Positions 9,072 to 17,684 of a stretch of 64,000 nucleotides of DNA are shown here, piece after piece. Source of the DNA: an uncultured delta proteobacterium (lineage in GTDB: Bacteria > Desulfobacterota > Binatia > UBA9968); the NCBI GenBank assembly GCA_963737905.1, contig CAVTUQ010000010.1:32001-96000 (forward strand), given 5' to 3'. The translations under genes were made by a program, and so were the position numbers. The stretch's first letter is position 1. Every line of letters begins with the position of its first letter. The notes beneath the pieces were generated by a model. That model was not told the DNA's origin and ran no database searches. It was given only the letters and a program-made list of their open reading frames with translations.

Positions 9072-10145
9072 ATGAAGAAATATGAGAGCAGCTTTCTCCT
9101 CACGGGTTGGCTCATACTGGCAGCGGCTTTCCCGGTCGGTGCAGCAGAGAGTTTGGATTCGTTAATCGCCGGGGCCAGGAAAGAACCCGAATTTACATTT
9201 ATCGCCGGGGCTCAGACCTTTGGCGGGACGAAGACTCTTTCCGCTCTCGAGGCGGCCTTCAATAAGAGATTCGGTCTTAACGCGAAAATCCGCTTCGCTG
9301 CCGGACCGGAGATGAATGCGATGGCGGCGCGGGTCATTACCGAATTGAAAAGCGGTAACAAAGCGTCCACGGATATCTACCACGGCTCCCAATCTCACTT
9401 CGCGTTGCTGCACAAAGAGAAAGCGCTGGAGCGGGTCAACTGGTCCGGCGTTTTTCCTTGGATCACTAAACCGATGGAAATTTTTCCTGAGGAAGGGCTG
9501 CTGGTTTTCACGTCGCTGCGCGGGATGATCTACAACTCCAATATCATTCCTAAAGAGAAAGCGCCGAAAACTTATGAAGACCTGGTGGATCCTCGTCTAA
9601 GTCCGAACTGGGCAGGCAAACTGGCCATTCCACCCTATGTTTCTTGGCTGGTGGAGTTGTCGATGATTTGGAGCGAAGAACGGGTGAAAAATCTTACGCG
9701 CAAATTAGTTGCCATCAGCGGAGGAAGACTCCGTTACAGCGAAGAGGAGCGGGTGGTCAGCGGCGAGTTTCCCATCGCGGCGAATATGGGCGGCGCGGTG
9801 GAGCAGATGTGGCAGTGGCAAGCCAAAGGCGCGCCGCTCATGGCGGTTATCGGCTCAACGCCGGTGCTGCCGTCTTATTTTCAATTGGGCGTGCCGAAGA
9901 ACTCCGCCCATCCGAATCTGGCGAAGCTGTTCGTGGGTTTTATGGCCTCGAAGGAAGCTCAAGACATTCTCGATAAATTGGACTTTCGTTCTTCCCATTT
10001 GGTGGAAGGAACCCGGATGGCGAAGTATTTGCGCCAAAACCCCATCAAGCTTCAAGAGCCCAAGGATTCCATTTCTTATTATCTCCAGGACGAGGAAAGC
10101 GGTTTGCAGTTTAAAGAGGAGTTGACGAGGATGCTGAAACAGTAA
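9072..10145 (+). CDS. ABC transporter substrate-binding protein, paralog of 2908..3999
   Basis: Signal peptide; shared AGAQTFGG, GSQSHFALLH, SGGRLRYSEEER, FQLGVPKN motifs. Confidence 0.88.
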   Translation: MKKYESSFLLTGWLILAAAFPVGAAESLDSLIAGARKEPEFTFIAGAQTFGGTKTLSALEAAFNKRFGLNAKIRFAAGPEMNAMAARVITELKSGNKASTDIYHGSQSHFALLHKEKALERVNWSGVFPWITKPMEIFPEEGLLVFTSLRGMIYNSNIIPKEKAPKTYEDLVDPRLSPNWAGKLAIPPYVSWLVELSMIWSEERVKNLTRKLVAISGGRLRYSEEERVVSGEFPIAANMGGAVEQMWQWQAKGAPLMAVIGSTPVLPSYFQLGVPKNSAHPNLAKLFVGFMASKEAQDILDKLDFRSSHLVEGTRMAKYLRQNPIKLQEPKDSISYYLQDEESGLQFKEELTRMLKQ

Positions 10146-10318
10146 CAGGCCAATGAAAAAAGCCCACCTGCGTCGTTGCGCTGCGATCGACTCGCTCTAG
10201 TTGGCTTATGGCGTATGGCCTATAGCGTATGGTTCGTATGTTCCAACTATATGCCATAAGCTATCAGCCATATGCGAAGTACGCGCGCCTCGCATCTGGG
10301 ACTTTTTTGATCGGCCTG
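10146..10318. mobile_element. 173-bp MITE-like element, copy 2
   Basis: Same length as 4001..4173, seven substitutions counted by eye; directly after TAA of the binding-protein gene. Confidence 0.8.
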
Positions 10319-10350
10319 AAGACTAGGTCGATAACAACAGGAAAGATTGC

Positions 10351-11484
10351 ATGTTGCCAATCGAAGAAAACGAACTGATGACCAGAGTCGGTCCCGGCAC
10401 TCCCGCCGGTGAGATGCTGAGGCGCTATTGGTGGCCGGTGGGCTTCAGCGAGGAAGTGACGCCGAAAGGCGCGCCGGTCAAGGTGCGGCTTCTCGGCGAA
10501 GACTTTGTCCTTTTTCGCGACGGCGGTGGAGAGCTTGGGCTTCTGGAGCTCCACTGTTCCCATCGCGGCACGTCGCTCGAGTTCGGGCGGATCGAGGACA
10601 ACGGAATTCGCTGCTGTTACCACGGCTGGTTATACGATCGGCGCGGCAAATGTTTGGAACAGCCCGCCGAGCCGGAAGACAGCACCTTCAAGGATCGGAT
10701 TCAGCACCCGGCGTACCATGCCCAAGAAGCGGCTGGTCTGGTGTTCGCCTACATCGGCCCCGAGCCGGCGCCGTTGCTGCCCGGCTATGACTTGCTGGTT
10801 CGAGACGACGGCTGCCGCGTGGTCGGCGGGGGCGAAGAGTTTTGTAACTGGCTGCAGCGTGCCGAGAATTCCGCCGACGGCGCGCATTCCATCGCGCTCC
10901 ATGCCGCCGGCTACCCGAACATGGCGATGAAACGGCCGACGATCAACTGGGAGCAGACCCAGTTCGGCATCAAGGAAACGACTTGGGTCGAAGGCGTCTC
11001 CCGGCCGAGAATCACCCATTTCATTTTTCCTTCACATGTGCGCCATTCGGCTGCGCGCGTGGGCGAGAATCCGCGGCAAGTGATTCGCTTTCGCGTGCCC
11101 ACGGACGATTTCAAGACGACGAGTTATTGGATTGATTTCTATCCGCATAAAGACGGAAAGCCAACCCAGCCCGCGCTGCTCAAGACGCAGGGATTCAAGA
11201 AAAGCGAGCCCGGCGTCTACAAACGGGTTCAGGACGGCTGGTGGAATATTTACACGCATGAACAAGACCGCGTCGCACAGGAATCCCAAGGGGTTATCGC
11301 CGACCGCACCAAGGAACATCTAGCGTCGTCCGACCAGGGAATCATCTTGCTGCGCAAGATGATTCGCGATTCCATCGAAGCGGTTCGAGCGGGGAAAGAT
11401 CCGCTTGGGGTAATCAGAAATCCGAATGAAAACATGTCGATAACCTTCGATTCCAGCAGGGACGCCGTGGCGGCTCTTGGCTAA
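10351..11484 (+). CDS. Rieske non-heme iron oxygenase alpha subunit, subtype B
   Basis: RRYWWP; CSH...CCYH; CNWLQRAENSADGAHSIALH; HEQDRVAQESQG; closest in window to 5307..6443. Confidence 0.92.
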   Translation: MLPIEENELMTRVGPGTPAGEMLRRYWWPVGFSEEVTPKGAPVKVRLLGEDFVLFRDGGGELGLLELHCSHRGTSLEFGRIEDNGIRCCYHGWLYDRRGKCLEQPAEPEDSTFKDRIQHPAYHAQEAAGLVFAYIGPEPAPLLPGYDLLVRDDGCRVVGGGEEFCNWLQRAENSADGAHSIALHAAGYPNMAMKRPTINWEQTQFGIKETTWVEGVSRPRITHFIFPSHVRHSAARVGENPRQVIRFRVPTDDFKTTSYWIDFYPHKDGKPTQPALLKTQGFKKSEPGVYKRVQDGWWNIYTHEQDRVAQESQGVIADRTKEHLASSDQGIILLRKMIRDSIEAVRAGKDPLGVIRNPNENMSITFDSSRDAVAALG

Positions 11485-11491
11485 AGAGAAC

Positions 11492-11521
11492 TCGAGGATG
11501 GAAGATAGAGGATGGAAGAGG
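11492..11521. repeat. 7-bp periodic repeat (GAGGATN-type)
   Basis: TCGAGGA TGGAAGA TAGAGGA TGGAAGA; related tracts at 34636..34693 and 58913..58980. Confidence 0.55.
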
Positions 11522-11542
11522 GAATGTTCTTTGGAGATTCTA

Positions 11543-12605
11543 ATGCTTAGCCTGATTACTGTGTTGTGCGTGCACATGCTTTTGGTCGGTGTTCACCAGG
11601 CCGCGGCGGCGGAACAGACCCTCGAACAACTCTTGACCGGCGCCAAAAAAGAAGGCGAAGTTACTCTCATGGCGAGCGCATCGACCTTTGGCGGGAAGAA
11701 AGGATTCGCTGAGCTCGAGGCAGGATTCAACAAAAGATATGGCTTGACATCGAAAGTTAATTTAGCGCCGGGGCCGAGCTTTCCACAGGTGGCCGCGCGC
11801 GTTCTGACCGAGCTTAAAGCCGGCGCGAAATCGTCGACGGATCTGTATCTCGGTTCGGACGGCACGATGAGCGACATGCACCGGGAAAAAGCGTTACAGA
11901 AAGTCGACTGGTCAGGTGTCTTTCCCTGGGTAACTAAAGAAATGGAAATCTTTCCCCAGGAGACATTGCTCGTCTATGCGTCATTTCACGGCATAATCTA
12001 TAACTCGAATGCGATTCCAAAAGACAAGGCGCCGAAGGGCTATGAAGATTTGGTTGATCCGGCGTTATCCCCACTTTGGGCCGGAAAAATGGCGATCCCC
12101 GCCTATATCCATTGGCTGATTCGAGTCTCGGGGAGTTGGGGCAAAGAAAAAGTCTTAGCGTATGCGCGCAAGCTCGCGCCGCTTTCCGGAGGGCGGCTGC
12201 GCCAGGGCGAGGAAGAGCGCATCGTCAGCGGCGAGTTCCCGATTATGGCGAGCACCGGCGGCGCATTGGAGGCGATGTGGAAGTGGCAAGCGAAAGGCGC
12301 GCCGCTCGGTGGGGCTGCCCGGCGCCTCACCGGCCACTTCTTCGTACTATCAGCTGGGGGTGCCGCGAAATTCAGCCCATCCCAATTCCGCTAAGCTGTT
12401 CATCGCCTTCATGACGACTAGGGAAGCGCAGGCGGTGATAGAAAAGCATGACTATCGTTCGTCCTATTTGGTCGACGGAACTCTGATGGCGAAATACGTG
12501 CGCAACAACAAGATCAAACTCCAAGATCCGCGGGAACTGAACGAGCTGTTTCAGCGGGACGATACGGCTTTGGAGGAGGAGCTCACCAGGATACTCCTGA
12601 AATAG
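11543..12605 (+). CDS. ABC transporter substrate-binding protein, third paralog; apparent frameshift near 12310
   Basis: N-part in ORF 11477..12394 (…WKWQAKGAPL) continues as VGLPGASPATSSYYQLGVPRNSAHPNSAKLF in ORF 12162..12605; break near a G run. Confidence 0.8.
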
Positions 12606-12614
12606 GACTTGACC

Positions 12615-12830
12615 ATGCCCCCTATTGATCCATTGAAGCCAAGCATCGAGGACGTGGATTTCGTCCATACCGGTCCCGCCACTTTGGCTGGAAGATATAT
12701 GCGAAGGTTTTGGCAGCCGGTCTATGAAAATGGCGTTGACCAGGCCCATGTCCCCTTCACTCATGCCAAGTCCAATTTCACCAAGTTTGGCCTCAACTGG
12801 GACATTCCCAAGATCACCGCGAGGAGTTGG
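12615..12830 (+). pseudogene. Rieske oxygenase remnant lacking the [2Fe-2S] domain, in frame with the downstream permease
   Basis: HTGPATLAGRYMRRFWQPVY joined directly to ENGVDQAHVPFTH; about 138 residues separate these motifs in the 1740..2906 paralog. Confidence 0.7.
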
Positions 12831-12881
12831 CCAAATTACTCAAACGGTAGACGGCTCAGCAATGGCGACGTAAAGGCAGCC

Positions 12882-14642
12882 ATGGAATCCACGCCAACAG
12901 CCAACAGTACCTTCTCGCTCAGACCCTTTTTCTGGGGGTTCGACGGGTCCAAGCTCGTTCTCTTCGGGCTGGCGGGAGCCGCAGCGCTGGCAATAGTGGG
13001 CCTGCTGCTCACCATCGTCTGGATGAGCCTGCGGACCGGAGTCCCGGGCCAACCTTCGCCCTATACGCTCAGCAACTACACATCGTTGCTTGCCGACCCT
13101 TACACTTATCGCGTGATGGTGACGACGTTGATCTTTTCCGCTGTTACGATCGCGGTTTCAGTTCCCTTGGGATTCGTGTTTGCGTGGCTCATCGAGCGCA
13201 CCAACCTGCCCTACAAAGCGTTCGCCATGAGCCTGCTGAGCATCGGTGTCCTCTTTCCGACTTTTTTGAAGGCGATGGGCTGGGTGTTTCTCTGCCATCC
13301 GCGGATCGGGGTGATCAACATTTTCTTGATGCAGCTTTTTGGACTGAGGAATGCTCCGTTAAACATCGCGACGTTGGGCGGCATCGGCTTCGTTCAAGGC
13401 TTAACCTTGGCGCCGCTGGCATACGTGATGATCTCTGCGGCCCTGCGCGGCATGAATCCTCTGCTGGTTGAAGCCGCCAGCGTCCACGGGGTGAACAAAT
13501 GGCGCACCCTCGTCCGCATCGAGCTGCCTCTGGTGTGGCCGGCTTTGCTCTCGGCAATCATCTGGATGTTTACCGTTGCCATCGCCGCCTTCGACGTTCC
13601 CGGCGTGATTGGCATGGCGAATAACATTTTTACCTTCAGCACTGCCGTCTATTTCATGATCAACCCCAACGAGGGGCTTCCGCGCTACGGGCTAAGCGGC
13701 GCTTACGGAACCCTCATGGTCGGGCTGTCTTTGATCTTGATGATTCCGTATTTCGTAGCGTTGAAGCAGAGCCACCGCTACCAGATCATTTCCGGAAAAT
13801 CTTACCAGTCGCGGCCCGTCGAACTCAGGCGCTGGTGGATGCTCGGTTGGGGGCTTCTTGGAACTTACTTTCTGCTGGCTTTTGTTTTGCCGTTGCTCGC
13901 CATTTTCTGGGTGTCACTGCTTCCCTACGTTCAGATTCCTTCGCGGCAAGCTCTGGCCGTCGCTTCCTTCGAGCGTTACAGTGCCATTGCCTTCGATAGC
14001 GCGCTTTTGCGAGCCGCCGGAAATACGCTGCTCCTCATGGTGATCGTCCCCACCCTTATTGTGGTGATGAGCTCGGCAATTTCGTGGATCGTGACTCGCT
14101 CGCGCCTGCGCTGGCGCATTGCTTTAGATGCGATTGCCTTTCTACCCCACCCCGTGCCCAACCTGTTGTTTGCTCTGGCGATCGCCTATTTCGCGTTGCT
14201 CGTATCCAACGTGGTTCCTGTGTACGGCACCCTCGTTGTCCTTATGGCGGTCTACGTTATTTGTTGGATTAGTTTTGGAACCAGAGTGCTAAACAATAGC
14301 ATGATTCAGGTGCACCGCGAGCTGGAAGAGGCGGCTCAGGTGGGCGGGGTTTCAACGTTTCGTACCTTTTACAAAGTGATTGTCCCGTTGATTCGTCCGG
14401 GATTGATCTACGCCTGGATCTGGACATCGCTTTCGGCATACCGGGAGCTTACCATGGCGGTTTTTCTAGCTTCGCCGAAGAGCCAGGTTCTGTCCACCTA
14501 CATTTGGGGGCAATGGCATGGTGGTGGGCTGGGCGATGCGGCGGCGATCGCCGTGATCATGATGGCGGTTATGTCCCCGCTGGTCACGACCTTTTGGATC
14601 TATGCGCGGCATCAACAACATGTCGCTTCTTCGGCAGCGTAG
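12882..14642 (+). CDS. ABC transporter permease, FbpB/ThiP-type (two fused TM domains)
   Basis: Many TM helices; two EAA loops (LVEAASVHG, LEEAAQVGG); probable start ATG 12882, ORF open from 12609. Confidence 0.88.
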   Translation: MESTPTANSTFSLRPFFWGFDGSKLVLFGLAGAAALAIVGLLLTIVWMSLRTGVPGQPSPYTLSNYTSLLADPYTYRVMVTTLIFSAVTIAVSVPLGFVFAWLIERTNLPYKAFAMSLLSIGVLFPTFLKAMGWVFLCHPRIGVINIFLMQLFGLRNAPLNIATLGGIGFVQGLTLAPLAYVMISAALRGMNPLLVEAASVHGVNKWRTLVRIELPLVWPALLSAIIWMFTVAIAAFDVPGVIGMANNIFTFSTAVYFMINPNEGLPRYGLSGAYGTLMVGLSLILMIPYFVALKQSHRYQIISGKSYQSRPVELRRWWMLGWGLLGTYFLLAFVLPLLAIFWVSLLPYVQIPSRQALAVASFERYSAIAFDSALLRAAGNTLLLMVIVPTLIVVMSSAISWIVTRSRLRWRIALDAIAFLPHPVPNLLFALAIAYFALLVSNVVPVYGTLVVLMAVYVICWISFGTRVLNNSMIQVHRELEEAAQVGGVSTFRTFYKVIVPLIRPGLIYAWIWTSLSAYRELTMAVFLASPKSQVLSTYIWGQWHGGGLGDAAAIAVIMMAVMSPLVTTFWIYARHQQHVASSAA

Positions 14643-14663
14643 GGCGGGTCATGCAACTCTGCC

Positions 14664-14706
14664 TGTTCAAATCGTTCAAAACGTTCAAGCCGTTCAAGTA
14701 GTTCAC
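14664..14706. repeat. 9-bp periodic repeat (CGTTCAANN)
   Basis: TGTTCAAAT CGTTCAAAA CGTTCAAGC CGTTCAAGT AGTTCA immediately before the ATPase start. Confidence 0.75.
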
Positions 14707-14707
14707 G

Positions 14708-15781
14708 ATGATCGGAATCCACTCCCTTAGGAAGACTTTCAAAACCGGGACTGATGCAGTCCAGGCGGTGGACGGAGTCGATCTACAGGTGAACGAGAAG
14801 GAGTTCTTCGTGCTTCTCGGCCTGAGTGGATCCGGCAAGACCACGCTGCTCAGATGCGTTGCGGGGTTGGAAAGGCCGGAAGCTGGAGAAATTGCTTTAG
14901 GGGAGCAACTAGTGAGCTCCGCGGAGCGGGGTATTTTCATCACTCCGGAGGATCGGGCGATCGGTATGGTATTTCAGTCCTATGCCGTGTGGCCCCACAT
15001 GACCGTATTTGACAACGTGGCTTTCCCTCTAACCGACGGAAAGAGAAGATTACCGCGAGCCAAGGTCCGAGATCGAGTCATGAGCGCTCTCGAATTGGTG
15101 CAGCTATCGGCCCTCGCGGATCGGCCGGTGCCCTTTCTCAGCGGAGGCCAGCAGCAGAGGGTGGCACTTGCGCGGGCGCTGGCTGTGGAGCCAAAGGTGC
15201 TTTTGATGGACGAGCCTTTGAGTAACTTGGACGCCCGGCTGAGAGAAGAAGTTCGAGATGAGATCAGGGGCTTGGCAAAAAAACTCGGAATCACGGTCCT
15301 GTACGTGACTCACGATCAGGTGGAAGCGATGGCGTTGGCTGACAGAATCGCCGTGATGAGCTCGGGAAAGATTTTACAGATCGGCGTGTCTAGAGACCTG
15401 TATCATTTTCCTCTCAACCGGAAGGTAGGCGAATTTTTGGGCTCGATGAACGAATTCGAGGGCGCGCTGCAACCTGATGGCAGTGTCAAAATCGATTTTG
15501 GGGTCGTGAATTGCACCGTCCCGAACGGCACCGTCAAAGAAATGATTGTCGCCATCAGACCCGAAGATGTTTCGCTATCGCGGGAACCGAGTGGTTTAAG
15601 CAATGAGTTCCCGGCTCAACTGGTCTCCCAGCTTTTCCTCGGGGACATTACCCTCTATCACCTCTCTGCCAAGGGGAAAAACCTGCGAGGTAAGACGGCA
15701 GGTACGGATCAACAATTGGAACCAGGTAGCTCCATCTACGTCCGGCTTCCTGGAGAAAAACTGAAGATCTTCCCGAGGTGA
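14708..15781 (+). CDS. ABC transporter ATP-binding protein (FbpC/PotA-like)
   Basis: Walker A GLSGSGKT, signature LSGGQQQR, Walker B LLMDEP, H-loop VTHD, C-terminal TOBE-like region. Confidence 0.93.
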   Translation: MIGIHSLRKTFKTGTDAVQAVDGVDLQVNEKEFFVLLGLSGSGKTTLLRCVAGLERPEAGEIALGEQLVSSAERGIFITPEDRAIGMVFQSYAVWPHMTVFDNVAFPLTDGKRRLPRAKVRDRVMSALELVQLSALADRPVPFLSGGQQQRVALARALAVEPKVLLMDEPLSNLDARLREEVRDEIRGLAKKLGITVLYVTHDQVEAMALADRIAVMSSGKILQIGVSRDLYHFPLNRKVGEFLGSMNEFEGALQPDGSVKIDFGVVNCTVPNGTVKEMIVAIRPEDVSLSREPSGLSNEFPAQLVSQLFLGDITLYHLSAKGKNLRGKTAGTDQQLEPGSSIYVRLPGEKLKIFPR

Positions 15782-15857
15782 TGGCTTTTGCTATTTGAAT
15801 TTTTGGATGGCGGAGCGAGTTCGATGACAACAGACGCAATAACAGATGGGAGGAGCC

Positions 15858-16397
15858 ATGAGCCGACTACCACTTATCAACCGTGATGCGTTGTCGCCGG
15901 ACGATCAAGCGGTTTGGGACCGGATCGCCGCGGTCCGCACTGGAGTGCGCGGACCCTTCGGAGCATTGATGCATGTGCCAACTCTCGCCGACCGCGTCGC
16001 CGCGCTGGAGGATTACTTTCGTTTCAACGCAGCCCTGCCGGCGGTCGACCGCGAGCTCGTGATTATGGCCACCGCTCGCGAGATGGGCGCGCGTTACCCG
16101 TGGGCACGGCACGAGGCCAGAGGGCGCGAGGTGGGCACGAGAACAGAGGCGATCGAAGCGGTACGCGCCAACGGCACGTTGGAGCAATTGACGCCGCGCG
16201 AGCGTTTGCTCGTGGAAATCGTGCGCGCTCTCTTGCGCACGCGGGCGTTGCCCGACGAGTTGTATGCGCGCGGGGTGGCTGAACTGGGCCGCCAACAGCT
16301 GATCGAGATGGTCGGGCTCGTCGGCCATTACAGCTTGATCGGACTTACCGTGAACGCTTTCGATGTCGCGCCGCCGGATAACAGTCAGACATTCTGA
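15858..16397 (+). CDS. Carboxymuconolactone decarboxylase/AhpD-like family protein
   Basis: GGAGGAG RBS; GPF..L.H.P, RELVI.ATAR....YPW..H pattern. Confidence 0.75.
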   Translation: MSRLPLINRDALSPDDQAVWDRIAAVRTGVRGPFGALMHVPTLADRVAALEDYFRFNAALPAVDRELVIMATAREMGARYPWARHEARGREVGTRTEAIEAVRANGTLEQLTPRERLLVEIVRALLRTRALPDELYARGVAELGRQQLIEMVGLVGHYSLIGLTVNAFDVAPPDNSQTF

Positions 16398-16449
16398 ACT
16401 GTGTACAGAAGGTTTCAGTTTCAGAGGAAAGAGTGAGTGTATGTAATGT

Positions 16450-16605
16450 TCATAAATCTCCCTTTGCTCCCATATTCCGGGATCGGAAGGAAGTAAGGAC
16501 CGAGGCCGTGGCCAAGACGAGAAAGAGCAACGAGATGGGCTGGGTGACGAAAACCGTGGGGTCGCCTCGGGACTCGACCAGCGCGCGCCGAAAGTTGGTC
16601 TCTAA
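16450..16605 (-). pseudogene. C-terminal remnant of TctA-type tripartite tricarboxylate transporter permease
   Basis: Manual translation LETNFRRALVESRGDPTVFVTQPISLLFLVLATASVLTSFRSRNMGAKGDL*; E.NFRRAL..S.GD...F...PIS matches the TctA C-terminus. Confidence 0.6.
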
Positions 16606-16607
16606 CC

Positions 16608-17636
16608 CTATCCCTCGGTGCAGGACGATTTCCAGCTTGGGTCGTCCGTCCAGCGCCCGAGCTTGGCCAAGGCGGCGTTCGCCGGCCCTCGAACCACCGC
16701 CTGTTCGCCTTTTGGCTTCGCGTTTTCCTTCAGAAGGCCCATGTCCACCGCTGTTGATTCACCCCCACCTTTCGGTCGGCATCCCATCATTACTGGCTAG
16801 ACCCGCAGCGGCCAGCGGATCATAGGCTGGGCTCGGGACTTCCTCCGGATAGCCAGTGTGCTTGCTTGCCAGATCGAGGGTGCGATCCTCATCGCCGGGA
16901 CATGAAACGGTGAGCCCGCGTGAGGCCGAACTGCGCGGCCGAGGAGGTCCGGATCCTTCCGCAGCAAATCCTCCGTGGAGCTAAATGTACCATACCAGAG
17001 CTGGGCATGACCTCCCAGAGCGGGACCAAGGAGTGGAGGGACGCCTCTTTTTGTGCGCGCCATGTACGCTTGGCCGATGTGCAGGATGGCCGTGTCGATC
17101 TTGTTAGCCGTGAGTGCAGCGATGTAGCCGGCGCTCGACACGGGGACGTAATTGACGTCCTGCGGGGTAAGCCCGGCGCTGTGGAGGACGGCCCGTGTCA
17201 TCACCTCGCGGAATGCTCCAACCTCCTGGATACCGAGGTTCTTCCCCCGCAGATCGGCGGGTCTGCGGATGTTCTCCTGAGCCGCCATGACAACCGTGAG
17301 CCTGTGAGCATAGCTGAAGATGCTCCGGATCTTCGCTCCACGAACTGATGGCCGTGGTCACTGGTTCGCTGCTGGCCCCAAGAATATCCAGTCCCCCGGC
17401 CACACCGCCGCGCAAGGCCAGCAGGCCCGATTCAACTGCGCAAAGTCGACGTTAATCCCCTCCTCTTCGAAGTAGCCGAGGTCTTTCGCGACGTAGACGC
17501 CGACGTGAGGCAGGTTCGGGGGCGTAACGGGCATCCCAATAACGAGCGTCCGCCGGGGAGCCTGGGCCCTCGCGATCCCGCCCAGTCCTAGGGCCGTCAG
17601 AAGTACCACTGTCATCACCGATGGACGCGTTCGCAT
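16608..17636 (-). pseudogene. NMT1/TauA-family ABC substrate-binding protein broken by several frameshifts
   Basis: Consecutive fragments in ORFs 17358..17636 (signal peptide, VAKDLGYFEEEGI), 17104..17415, 16797..17288 (ADLRGKNLG) and 16608..16790. Confidence 0.7.
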
Positions 17637-17684
17637 ATTCCGTTTCCTTAGGATCGAGCTTTCCAGGCCTCTTTCAATGACGGC

